In this document: piece by piece, positions 10,218-19,290 of the stretch | How the letters are laid out: each line of letters opens with the position of its first letter | How positions within the stretch are numbered: the first letter of the stretch is position 1 | Assembly: GCA_963722255.1 (NCBI GenBank) | Contig: CAVRJO010000001.1 | Coordinates: forward strand, 512,001-576,000 | From: Candidatus Babeliales bacterium | GTDB lineage: Bacteria; Babelota; Babeliae; Babelales; JANWKD01 | Reading direction: 5' to 3' | DNA length: 64,000 bases | The notes under the pieces: generated by a model | What the model saw: only the letters and a program-made list of their open reading frames with translations | Told to the model about the DNA's origin: nothing | The model's database searches: none | Position numbers and translations under genes: made by a program

Positions 10218-11351
10218 ATGAATAAGACAAAAAAAAATATAATAAAAATAGCAGTTGCAGTAGGAATATTGGGTGGAACGGCTTCAATTTTTGCAAATCT
10301 TAATTGGATGCAAGCATCAAACTATTGGTTTGCCGGATATATGTATATAGAGGGAAATCAAAACCTTAGCTACAATATGTATGCATGGAATAACAACAGC
10401 AAAAAAATGGAACTTTCTGAAACTCCTTTCACTACAAATACCGTCATTAATGTCCGCGATCTTCTTGGTTCTATTGGTAATTGCCCTTATATGTGGTGGG
10501 GCGGTGACCCTGCTACTGCTACAAAAGTTCTTCTTGTTCCAAGCTTACCTTTAGGAAGTGCGTTTACTAAAGGTAGCGCCCAACAAGGTCAAAAGGATCT
10601 CAAAGCAGGAAAAATAGCTCCTTACATAGTCATTGAACGAGCACAAAATACCATTAATATATTCATTATAGGGCCAGTTTTCAGCGCGACGAGCGGCACA
10701 CCGCCTGAGACAGTAATACAATTTGTTTCAAGAAAGCTTGCATTTAATTTCTTACCTTTTGAAAAGTTATGGGTGTCAAAATCACGTTGGTACAATAATC
10801 TTGATACCCATTGGCCAACAGGCATTGCATTTGCCTTCTCGTTAACCATCGATCTTCCTAATAGAAACGCATATTTTTTTAACAGCCCTGATGCAAATGA
10901 ATATCAGTTCGATATAAATAAACCTCAAAAAAAGATTATTTTAAGCGACGATGCATTCTATGTTTATGGGCTTGAAAAAGATAATGATGCGCTTGGCTGG
11001 AGTTGGACGCATCAAGGACCTGAAAATAATAATCTTCCAATAAGCACTATAACATATCAATATACTGATGCAAACAATAAAATTTATACAAAAATACTCG
11101 GAATAGATGAGCGATGTGCTGATGGCGGACCGGTAATCATGAATAAATCATGTAAAATATGCGATCCGAATGATCCTTCTAAATGTAATATGTATAAACC
11201 AATACGATTCGATGACATTGGTATGACCACAAGAAAACTCCAAGAACAAGGCATCTTAAATTACCAAAGCTCATTATCACCTGATGAACTGCAACGCATT
11301 ATTACATGGATTAATTCTACGGGCCAAGGTAATTTTGAAAGTGTCCTATAA
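10218..11351 (+). CDS. Exported hypothetical protein (W/N-rich, Cys-containing C-terminus)
   Basis: AGGAG RBS, signal peptide to SIFA, 377-aa ORF followed by a terminator. Confidence 0.7.
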   Translation: MNKTKKNIIKIAVAVGILGGTASIFANLNWMQASNYWFAGYMYIEGNQNLSYNMYAWNNNSKKMELSETPFTTNTVINVRDLLGSIGNCPYMWWGGDPATATKVLLVPSLPLGSAFTKGSAQQGQKDLKAGKIAPYIVIERAQNTINIFIIGPVFSATSGTPPETVIQFVSRKLAFNFLPFEKLWVSKSRWYNNLDTHWPTGIAFAFSLTIDLPNRNAYFFNSPDANEYQFDINKPQKKIILSDDAFYVYGLEKDNDALGWSWTHQGPENNNLPISTITYQYTDANNKIYTKILGIDERCADGGPVIMNKSCKICDPNDPSKCNMYKPIRFDDIGMTTRKLQEQGILNYQSSLSPDELQRIITWINSTGQGNFESVL

Positions 11352-11377
11352 ATAGTTTTCTCATAGATATCTTAAAA

Positions 11378-11426
11378 ATAGGGGCGCGTTATTGTTGAAA
11401 TGCACATAACGAAGCCCCTATCTTTT
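11378..11426 (+). terminator. Intrinsic terminator-like hairpin
   Basis: ATAGGGGC..GCCCCTAT stem followed by CTTTT. Confidence 0.6.
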
Positions 11427-11520
11427 AGAACCTAACTTTACAAAAAGCTTCTACAAAAGTAAATTACACTATAGTTCAAATATATTTTCGTAACACTTTT
11501 TACTTATTGGAGACTGTTGC

Positions 11521-13494
11521 ATGGAAGAACAGATGCTTTTTGGGCTTATTTTTTTAAGCTCATTATGTGGATTAGCCGTCGTCGGCTTTCTATTTAAAAA
11601 AATTAGTTCAATTCGGGTAGATAATGCACCGGCAAAAGCTATCGCAAAAGCAATTGCAGATGGTGCAATGACCTTTCTTAAAGAAGAATATAAGGTTATA
11701 GGCATTGTTTCTCTTCTCGTTGCAGGGCTCCTTGGATATATTTTTGGACCACTATCAGCGGGTGCATTTTTATTTGGCGCACTTCTATCTTCGGCAACAG
11801 GCCTCATTGGCATGCAAGCAGCAACAAGTGCAAATGTAAGAACAACCATGGCTGCAAAAAATAGTGGCGAGCATCAGGCATTCTTGGTAGCTTTTTTTGG
11901 CGGTGGCGTGATGGGGTTTGCTGTAGCAACCTTTGGTCTTTTTGGATTGACCGCTATTTTTTATCTTTTTAATACTCATGCACAGTTCATACCAATTATC
12001 ACAAGTTTTGGTTTAGGCGGAAGTTTGGTAGCTTTCTTTGCTCGTGTTGGTGGAGGAATTTATACCAAATCGGCCGATGTTGGTGCCGATTTAGCAGGTA
12101 AAATTGAAGAAGGAATTCCTGAAGATGATCCTCGTAATCCTGCAGTTATTGCTGATAATGTTGGAGATTGCGTAGGCGATACCGCAGGGATGGGTGCTGA
12201 CATTTATGAATCATATGTTGGCGCAATGGTTTCATCAATCATTCTTGCTCTTTCAAATCCTGCATATAACAATTTTTCTTATACCTCATTACCACTCGTA
12301 ATGGCAGCAATCGGACTCGTAAGTTCATTTCTTGGGTTATGCGCAAATCTTGTTTTTAAAAAACAACCTGCTGCTATGCTCCGTAATGCGACTTTTGTTG
12401 CCGTATGCTTTTTTATTATGGGAGCATCCTATTATTTGCATTATATGACTTTAAATACTGCACTTATCTATTCAATAGTGCTTGGTTGTCTTTCGGGCAT
12501 TATCATTGGCTTAATTACCGAATATTATACCGGCGGCAAACCTGTTGAACGCTTAGCAAATAGTTCTCGTTCCGGTGCAGCGACAAATATTATCTACGGC
12601 CTATCATTAGGTATGGAATCAACTGCTCTACCGGTCGTTCTTCTTTCATTTGCTGTGCTGCTTTCTTATAATTATGGCGGTGGTCTTTTTGGCGTTGCAA
12701 TAGCTGCAGTTGCTATGCTTTCAACGGTGGGAATTACCATGACGGTTGATGCCTACGGCCCTATAGCAGATAATGCTGGCGGTATTGCTGAAATGGCACA
12801 TTTTGATCCTAGTGTACGTAAAATAACTGATAAATTAGACGCTTTAGGAAATACAACGGCTGCAATGGGCAAAGGCTTTGCTATTGGTTCAGCGCTCTTA
12901 ACTGCATTAGCACTTTTTTCTGCCTATTCAGAACAAGCACATTTAGTTGCAATTAATATTATGGATCCGCTTGTTATGGCCGGCATGTTTATTGGCGGTG
13001 TTTTGCCCTTCTTAGTTTCAGCATTAACGATGCGTTCTGTTGGTGAAGCTGCATTGAAAATGGTAATGGAAGTGCGCAGACAATTTAAAGAAATCAAAGG
13101 ACTTCGTGAAGGAACAGCACAACCTGATTATACGCGTTGTATTGCCATAAGCACACAAGCTGCGTTACATCAAATGATTCTTCCCGGTGTTATAACTATT
13201 GGCTTACCAATTATCATTAAATTCTCGCTTGGTACCCAAGCTCTTGGGGGGCTTTTGGTTGGCGGTACTCTTGTTGGCGTACTGCTTGCATTAATGATGG
13301 CAAATGGTGGCGGCGCTTGGGATAATGCTAAAAAGTATATCGAAGCCGGTCACCTTGGCGGCAAAGGATCTGATGCACATAAAGCTGCTGTTGTTGGCGA
13401 CACGGTAGGAGACCCTTTCAAGGATACTTCTGGACCTGCGCTTAATATTTTAATTAAGTTAATGTCGATTGTGGCATTATTGTTAGTTTCATAA
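11521..13494 (+). CDS. hppA: Membrane-integral cation-translocating pyrophosphatase, K+-dependent type
   Basis: [26 protein letters not shown] (Ala variant), [10 protein letters not shown], many TM helices. Confidence 0.95.
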   Translation: MEEQMLFGLIFLSSLCGLAVVGFLFKKISSIRVDNAPAKAIAKAIADGAMTFLKEEYKVIGIVSLLVAGLLGYIFGPLSAGAFLFGALLSSATGLIGMQAATSANVRTTMAAKNSGEHQAFLVAFFGGGVMGFAVATFGLFGLTAIFYLFNTHAQFIPIITSFGLGGSLVAFFARVGGGIYTKSADVGADLAGKIEEGIPEDDPRNPAVIADNVGDCVGDTAGMGADIYESYVGAMVSSIILALSNPAYNNFSYTSLPLVMAAIGLVSSFLGLCANLVFKKQPAAMLRNATFVAVCFFIMGASYYLHYMTLNTALIYSIVLGCLSGIIIGLITEYYTGGKPVERLANSSRSGAATNIIYGLSLGMESTALPVVLLSFAVLLSYNYGGGLFGVAIAAVAMLSTVGITMTVDAYGPIADNAGGIAEMAHFDPSVRKITDKLDALGNTTAAMGKGFAIGSALLTALALFSAYSEQAHLVAINIMDPLVMAGMFIGGVLPFLVSALTMRSVGEAALKMVMEVRRQFKEIKGLREGTAQPDYTRCIAISTQAALHQMILPGVITIGLPIIIKFSLGTQALGGLLVGGTLVGVLLALMMANGGGAWDNAKKYIEAGHLGGKGSDAHKAAVVGDTVGDPFKDTSGPALNILIKLMSIVALLLVS

Positions 13495-13519
13495 TTGGCT
13501 TATATATTTTTTGTTGATT

Positions 13520-13552
13520 ATAGGGCATCGTGATACACGATGCCCTATTTTT
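13520..13552 (+). terminator. Intrinsic terminator of hppA
   Basis: Perfect 13-bp stem ATAGGGCATCGTG/CACGATGCCCTAT plus T-run. Confidence 0.85.
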
Positions 13553-13611
13553 ATGCTATACTTTCTTAGATACAATTTATATTTATTTTAAATTTAGAGA
13601 AGAAAAATATA

Positions 13612-14085
13612 ATGGTAAAAAAATCACTTTTTTTATTGAGCATAATATCTATACTGTGTTTTACGACAGCGCCTATGCAACAAGAACTTTCACGCAAAAA
13701 AAAGTTGTCGGCATGTTCATCTCTAATTGCAACTACCATTGGTGTGATAAGCCTCACTGATCAACTCGTTAACAATAAAAAATCATGGCGTCAATCCGCT
13801 TTTACAGTTAGTAGCTGTGTTGTAGGAATTGCAAGTTTCTATAACTATCTTTCGTGGTGTAACCCAACGGTCTATTCGTACTCACATAATATGAATTTGA
13901 TAGGTGTATGCCAAAGAAATTTTTCTTTAGTCAGTTATACGCATGTAGATGTGGTTGAACATACAACTCATTATACAATAGAAGGTAAAAATTATAATAA
14001 AAGTAAATTCTTATCGGAGGAGTATGAATATTCCGATGGTATTATTTATAATGCAGTAGGCAACATAATAGAGCCCAATAATTAA
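13612..14085 (+). CDS. Exported protein with two short hydrophobic segments
   Basis: Signal peptide ending TTAP|MQQE and two hydrophobic stretches. Confidence 0.6.
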   Translation: MVKKSLFLLSIISILCFTTAPMQQELSRKKKLSACSSLIATTIGVISLTDQLVNNKKSWRQSAFTVSSCVVGIASFYNYLSWCNPTVYSYSHNMNLIGVCQRNFSLVSYTHVDVVEHTTHYTIEGKNYNKSKFLSEEYEYSDGIIYNAVGNIIEPNN

Positions 14086-14103
14086 TAACATGCACTCAAT
14101 TAA

Positions 14104-15816
14104 TTAATCAAATGGGAGATGCAAAACAGTGCTTTCACATGCTGATTGTGCAATAATTGTTTCACCCATACTATAAATATCGGTGATCGGATCTTGAATT
14201 CTTATATCAAGTTCTCGTGGTTCACGTGGCTCTTTATCGCTATGTTCAATAAATTTAAGTTTTCCATCCTTCATGCCCATAAGCAATCCATCATCTCGAA
14301 CTTTAAGTGTCACTACATTAGTTACATCAAAAGGTGCATAAAACTCTGTACCATTATCTAAATGAATGCCAATTAGTGCATTTTCTGTTAAATAGACAAG
14401 AACAGGATTATAAAGAGCTATGCTTTTAACTGCCGAATTACAAGGAAAAACCTTGATATACTTCTTGTCTTTTAAATCCCAAACCTTAATAGTTTTATCG
14501 GTTGATCCGGAAAATAGCTTGTACGAATCTTCCATCGTAAATCCAGTAATTTCACCGGCATGCTTTTCTCTAAAAGAAAAGTGTTCATCATCTTTTATGT
14601 TATCAATTTCCAATGATCCATTCTCATAAGCACGCACAAGATAAGGATACTCAAAGTGAATTCGCGTTGGACGATTCTCTTGAGCATTAAAATATACTGA
14701 AATAGTATGAAACATAAACGAAGGTGGACATAAAGTTTCAGTGACTAAATCAGGAATAGAATAATTTTCATCGGCAAAAAACAACGGCTCATTATTCTGC
14801 GTCATATACGTTTTAACTAACAGTTTTTCTTTCAAATCATAACAGTCAACTAATCCATTATGCTGAGGAAGAAAGACAAATCGATCAAAAAAATAGGGCT
14901 TACACGCTAAGCTCGAATCAACTTTTACAATAATTGTATGCCTTCTTGGTCCATGAACCTTCGAAGCTTCATCAAGAAGGTGTTCCATAGGAGAAACATC
15001 TTTATGATGATCCCTACCTGAATGCATATCGCTATACGATCTATTACGATCATAAAAGCCATTATTATGTAAAGAACTTACAGCAGAATGAGAAGCATTA
15101 TCATCTAATAACTTTTGCAGTAATTGAGCATATTTTCCTACTTCTTTTGCAATTATGGGCTCATCGGATAAACGTTCTTGTACATTGCGCAATAGTCTAG
15201 GTTGATCCTTTAATAGCATTGTAGAATAATTATTGAGGAGCCCGACAATTATATCCTTTGAAAGATCTGAATCATTACATGAAAATATTTCACCACATGC
15301 TTTCAGTCCTCCAACAAACTCTCCTGCAATAGAATCTAAATCAGTAGTTTCTTTCTCTTTCTCTTTTTCATAACAAATTTTTTGTGCAATTTGTGCAGAA
15401 CTGCGTAATGAACACAGATTTTTCAACCGAGTAAAAACTTTTTGCTTCCTACCGGGCAAAATAATTTTCTCTATAATCAGATTGCGTACTATTTCTTCAG
15501 ATTCAGTATCTCGTATTTTAGACTCATAAAGATCCATAACAACAAGGCAAAATTTCTTTGTCAATGACCAATTTTTATCAATTACCTCATTAATCATATA
15601 TGATAATGCGTTTACTTGTTCTTTATATGATAAGGTTGTAAGTTCTTTCAACATATCCTGAAATAATCCTAAATACGCTCCATTTTTATCATACATTTCA
15701 TGCAAGTTGCGAGCAACCATGCTACAATGCTCACCTAAACCATCCTCCATAGAAAAAATTCCACTAAAATTCAAACAAACTATAAAAGTGAATGCTATAA
15801 TTATTTTTTTTTGCAT
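14104..15816 (-). CDS. Signal-peptide WD40-repeat protein (paralog A)
   Basis: IFS|MEDG. HAGEITGF..LFSGSTDKTIKVWDL. AGGAG RBS. Confidence 0.8.
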   Translation of the reverse strand: MQKKIIIAFTFIVCLNFSGIFSMEDGLGEHCSMVARNLHEMYDKNGAYLGLFQDMLKELTTLSYKEQVNALSYMINEVIDKNWSLTKKFCLVVMDLYESKIRDTESEEIVRNLIIEKIILPGRKQKVFTRLKNLCSLRSSAQIAQKICYEKEKEKETTDLDSIAGEFVGGLKACGEIFSCNDSDLSKDIIVGLLNNYSTMLLKDQPRLLRNVQERLSDEPIIAKEVGKYAQLLQKLLDDNASHSAVSSLHNNGFYDRNRSYSDMHSGRDHHKDVSPMEHLLDEASKVHGPRRHTIIVKVDSSLACKPYFFDRFVFLPQHNGLVDCYDLKEKLLVKTYMTQNNEPLFFADENYSIPDLVTETLCPPSFMFHTISVYFNAQENRPTRIHFEYPYLVRAYENGSLEIDNIKDDEHFSFREKHAGEITGFTMEDSYKLFSGSTDKTIKVWDLKDKKYIKVFPCNSAVKSIALYNPVLVYLTENALIGIHLDNGTEFYAPFDVTNVVTLKVRDDGLLMGMKDGKLKFIEHSDKEPREPRELDIRIQDPITDIYSMGETIIAQSACESTVLHLPFD

Positions 15817-15848
15817 AAATTCTCCTTTTGCAGAACAAACAAATTAGA

Positions 15849-17450
15849 TTACTTAAGCGGTAAATGAACCATTGCACAATCTTTTTCCGATTGTGCAATA
15901 ACAATATCTTCTAAACAGGTAAGTTTCATTATAGAACCTTCTATTCCGGTTTTTATGGTTATTGGCTCTTGAATCTTCTTGTCAATTTTAATGTATCTAA
16001 GATTGCCATTATTCAAACCAAAAATAAAACCATCGTTACGCGATCTAAAAACTTCGGCCCGATGCGCATCAATATCCATTGGAAATGCTGACCTATCTTC
16101 TGGATCACAATTCATTAACGCATTATCGGTTAAAGAAAAAATCATTGTATCAAAAATAGCAATATCTTTAACTGGCCTCCAACAATCAATTGTTCCTTTA
16201 TATCGTTTTTTTCTTAAATTCCAAAATTTAACAGTCTTATCGGTTGATCCCGATAGCAATCTATGCAAGCCAACGAATATCAAAGAAGTAACTGTCCCAT
16301 TATGCTTCTCTTCAAAAGAAAAATGTTCACCTTCCTTTACATTATCTATTTCAAGAGAAGTATCATACGCTCTTACAAGATAGGGATACTCAAAAAGCAC
16401 CTTACTGGGACAAATCAGATCATTATTGAAATAAGCAAAAATCATTTGCTTCCGTAAACAAGGATGCGCTATTTTTTCGCATGTCATTCCCGGAATAGTA
16501 CAATCTTCTTTGGCAATAAAAAGAGGGTTTTTGCCGGTAAGTTTATATGGTTTATGATATTCTCTTCCCTGAAGATCTAAACAATGAACTGTTCCATTTT
16601 TTGCAGGAAGAAAAAGAAGGTGCCCATATATAAAAGGACGACAGTATGCAAAATCAATATCTTTTCCTACAATATGACCTTTTAGTGTAAACTTCTTTTT
16701 TTTCAAAGAAGCTTTCGGTGCATTTTCTAATTCTTTCTTTTTCACAAATTTTTGCAGAGAAAGAAGATATCTTTTGAGCTCTCTTTGAATATATCCTTTG
16801 TTCATTCTATTTTTTGCTTCTTGAAGAATAGCACACTGATCCTCTAAGGTCACATTCAAGTCATCTAATAAGGTATTAATTATATCACGAGAAACTCCAG
16901 AATCTCCGCACTTAAACATTTCAGACCAAGCAACGAGTCCAGTACAAAATCTTTTTACCAATTCTTCTGATTGACCTGAACTCTTTTCTTTTTCTTTCTC
17001 ATTTTTGCAAGCGACTTTTATTTTGGTCGACCCTTGGAAACAAAGCGCTTCTAACTTTTCAAATATTTTTGGTTTATCACTGCTTTGTAAACTAAGAATC
17101 CTTTCTACAATTTGATGTCGAATAGCATCTTCAATGCCGGTGCCTTTTATTTTGGTATCAAAAAGATTCAATACAACAAGGCACAAATTTTCAGTTAATG
17201 ATCTATTTTTATTAACAACCTCACGAATCATATGTGATAGTGCTTCTATTTGCCCTTCATACGACAACTCATTGAGCTCTCCAAGCATTGTTTGATACAA
17301 AGCTGAATATTTTTTATTTTCATAGTGTTTATTAAGGTTACGAGCAACTGTTATAAAATATTCACCAAAATTATCTACATTCATGGAAAAAGTTACACCA
17401 AAGTTCAAAAAAACCATAAGAGCAAATGTTGTTCTTATATTATTTTGCAT
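15849..17450 (-). CDS. Signal-peptide WD40-repeat protein (paralog B)
   Basis: TFS|MNVD. HNGTVTSL..LLSGSTDKTVKFWNL. Colinear with paralog A (shared FEYPYLVRAY). Confidence 0.8.
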   Translation of the reverse strand: MQNNIRTTFALMVFLNFGVTFSMNVDNFGEYFITVARNLNKHYENKKYSALYQTMLGELNELSYEGQIEALSHMIREVVNKNRSLTENLCLVVLNLFDTKIKGTGIEDAIRHQIVERILSLQSSDKPKIFEKLEALCFQGSTKIKVACKNEKEKEKSSGQSEELVKRFCTGLVAWSEMFKCGDSGVSRDIINTLLDDLNVTLEDQCAILQEAKNRMNKGYIQRELKRYLLSLQKFVKKKELENAPKASLKKKKFTLKGHIVGKDIDFAYCRPFIYGHLLFLPAKNGTVHCLDLQGREYHKPYKLTGKNPLFIAKEDCTIPGMTCEKIAHPCLRKQMIFAYFNNDLICPSKVLFEYPYLVRAYDTSLEIDNVKEGEHFSFEEKHNGTVTSLIFVGLHRLLSGSTDKTVKFWNLRKKRYKGTIDCWRPVKDIAIFDTMIFSLTDNALMNCDPEDRSAFPMDIDAHRAEVFRSRNDGFIFGLNNGNLRYIKIDKKIQEPITIKTGIEGSIMKLTCLEDIVIAQSEKDCAMVHLPLK

Positions 17451-17520
17451 AGATTCTCCTTGCATAATGTTTTTTTACCCTACAGTACCGCTTTTTTGAG
17501 CCGTTGTAAATTTATATGTA

Positions 17521-17556
17521 AAAAGGGAAGACGCTCTAACGCATCTTCCCTTTTTT
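17521..17556. terminator. Terminator-like hairpin
   Basis: AAAAGGGAAGA..TCTTCCCTTTT. Confidence 0.7.
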
Positions 17557-17586
17557 GTGATTTTGTCTACTACTATTTCTTACTGA

Positions 17587-18435
17587 TTATTGATATTCAA
17601 TATTGTTTAAACGTTGGCGCTGACGACGACCTAAATGTCTTACTCTTGATTTTCTTTTTTGACCGGACTCTTTTTGGCTCTGCATAGCACGTTGTTGGCT
17701 CGTTCCTTGTGCCGTTGGTGTCGCAGAACCGGGAGCATTGTGATACGTTATAACTGGTTGAACATCTTGTTGGATTGCTGTTTGTTGCACATTCCTTTGG
17801 CTAGCCGGTTGTTGTACAGATTGCTGCATCATTGATTGCTGTTCATGCATAGGTTGCCCTTGGGCTACTTTTCCTTGCATTTGTTGAGGTGCTACATTGT
17901 GTGGCTGAGCCATTCTACCTTGCGGCGCAGCTGGTTGTTGCATAGTCGATGGCATTTGTTGTGGTTGCCCTTGATATGAAACCGTTGATTGTGGGCAACT
18001 GCCGCCTTTCAACAGACTAATTTCACCTGCAATTTTTGCTTTTGTACGTTCACTGGCTCCACTAAAGGAGCTCTTTTTATTACCTGATTTATCAAAAAAA
18101 ACAAAGGTCGGATGTGATCGAATAGCATAACGAGCTTCTAACGTTTCACTACCCTTAAACGATCCATAACAAATTTCTAAAAAGATCACATCAGGATACT
18201 CTTTTGCCATTGCATAATAGGTATCATGAAAAGCTTTGCATGGTCCGCATGTTGCTGAACCGAAATATGCGACCACAAAATTACCCGATTTCACATAACG
18301 ATCAAATTCTTCTATGGATTTTATAAAAATTACAGATCCGCCAGCTTTTTGGGTCATCTCGGCTGCCTGCACCGTTATCAAAGAAAACAGAAGCGCAATC
18401 ATAGTAACATATGTTGCTTTTCTACCTATGTCCAT
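17587..18435 (-). CDS. Exported thioredoxin-domain protein with Gln-rich, basic tail
   Basis: Signal peptide, TCGPCK, cis-Pro-like HPTF, about 130-aa Q/P-rich tail. Confidence 0.85.
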   Translation of the reverse strand: MDIGRKATYVTMIALLFSLITVQAAEMTQKAGGSVIFIKSIEEFDRYVKSGNFVVAYFGSATCGPCKAFHDTYYAMAKEYPDVIFLEICYGSFKGSETLEARYAIRSHPTFVFFDKSGNKKSSFSGASERTKAKIAGEISLLKGGSCPQSTVSYQGQPQQMPSTMQQPAAPQGRMAQPHNVAPQQMQGKVAQGQPMHEQQSMMQQSVQQPASQRNVQQTAIQQDVQPVITYHNAPGSATPTAQGTSQQRAMQSQKESGQKRKSRVRHLGRRQRQRLNNIEYQ

Positions 18436-18459
18436 AAAAACTCCTTCTTATTAAAAAAA

Positions 18460-18882
18460 TTATTGTAATTGAGCAACTCTGCTTTGTAATTCCTGTTTTG
18501 ATAATCCGCCAGCTTTAACTTTTCCACTAGTTGTACCATTTTTATTAACAAAAACAAAGGTTGGCACACCGGATAATGATTCCTTATTATGCGTTATTGT
18601 TTTGCAAATCTCATTTGCTCCTGACTTGTCAGTGTTAACTTTGTAAAAATGTATTCCATTTTTAGATTCCATAGCAACCTTGCTATAGATTGGCGCCATA
18701 TGTTGACAATGCGGACACGATGGTCTATAAAACTCAACAACCATAGGTGCCATCATCTGCTCTGGTTGAATTTGCTCAGGGACATCTTGTATAGATTGAG
18801 CAAAAACACTCACACCAATAAAAACATTCATTAGGAGCATTGTTACATTTCTTTTTATAAAAATCATAGCGCCATTCCTCAC
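18460..18882 (-). CDS. Exported thioredoxin-family protein (CPHC)
   Basis: VVEFYRPSCPHC, GVPTF, signal peptide. Confidence 0.85.
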   Translation of the reverse strand: MRNGAMIFIKRNVTMLLMNVFIGVSVFAQSIQDVPEQIQPEQMMAPMVVEFYRPSCPHCQHMAPIYSKVAMESKNGIHFYKVNTDKSGANEICKTITHNKESLSGVPTFVFVNKNGTTSGKVKAGGLSKQELQSRVAQLQ

Positions 18883-19290
18883 TTTTTTAAAAAATAGTCA
18901 GTATACTATAACAATTGTAAGTTTTTTAAAAAAAAATTGTCAATAATTTCATTTTGGAAATAATTTAATCCTGTTTTATAAGCATTATGCTAAAAAAATG
19001 ATTATAAATTGTTGGCATAAAATTACAAATTGTTCTGATATGTAATCTGGTTTAGAAAAATAATTAAGAATATATTTTCACCAAAATATTTATTATTTTT
19101 TGTTTGCTTATAAGGCTTTATGGTGCTAGAGTAGATTATAAGAATTAACGATGAATATTTTCAATTAGAATAAATTAATAGGATTTTATGACATTACTCA
19201 ATCTATGATCGCTCTTCAAACAAGCTCATGGAAAGAGGATGCACAAGTCCTATTTTTGTTGTAACTAATTTAACCATATGAGGACCTAGA

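Noticed and set aside
18890..19290. NrdR boxes or riboswitch upstream of nrdA
   Set aside because: No convincing tandem NrdR palindromes or riboswitch core seen in this AT-rich region.
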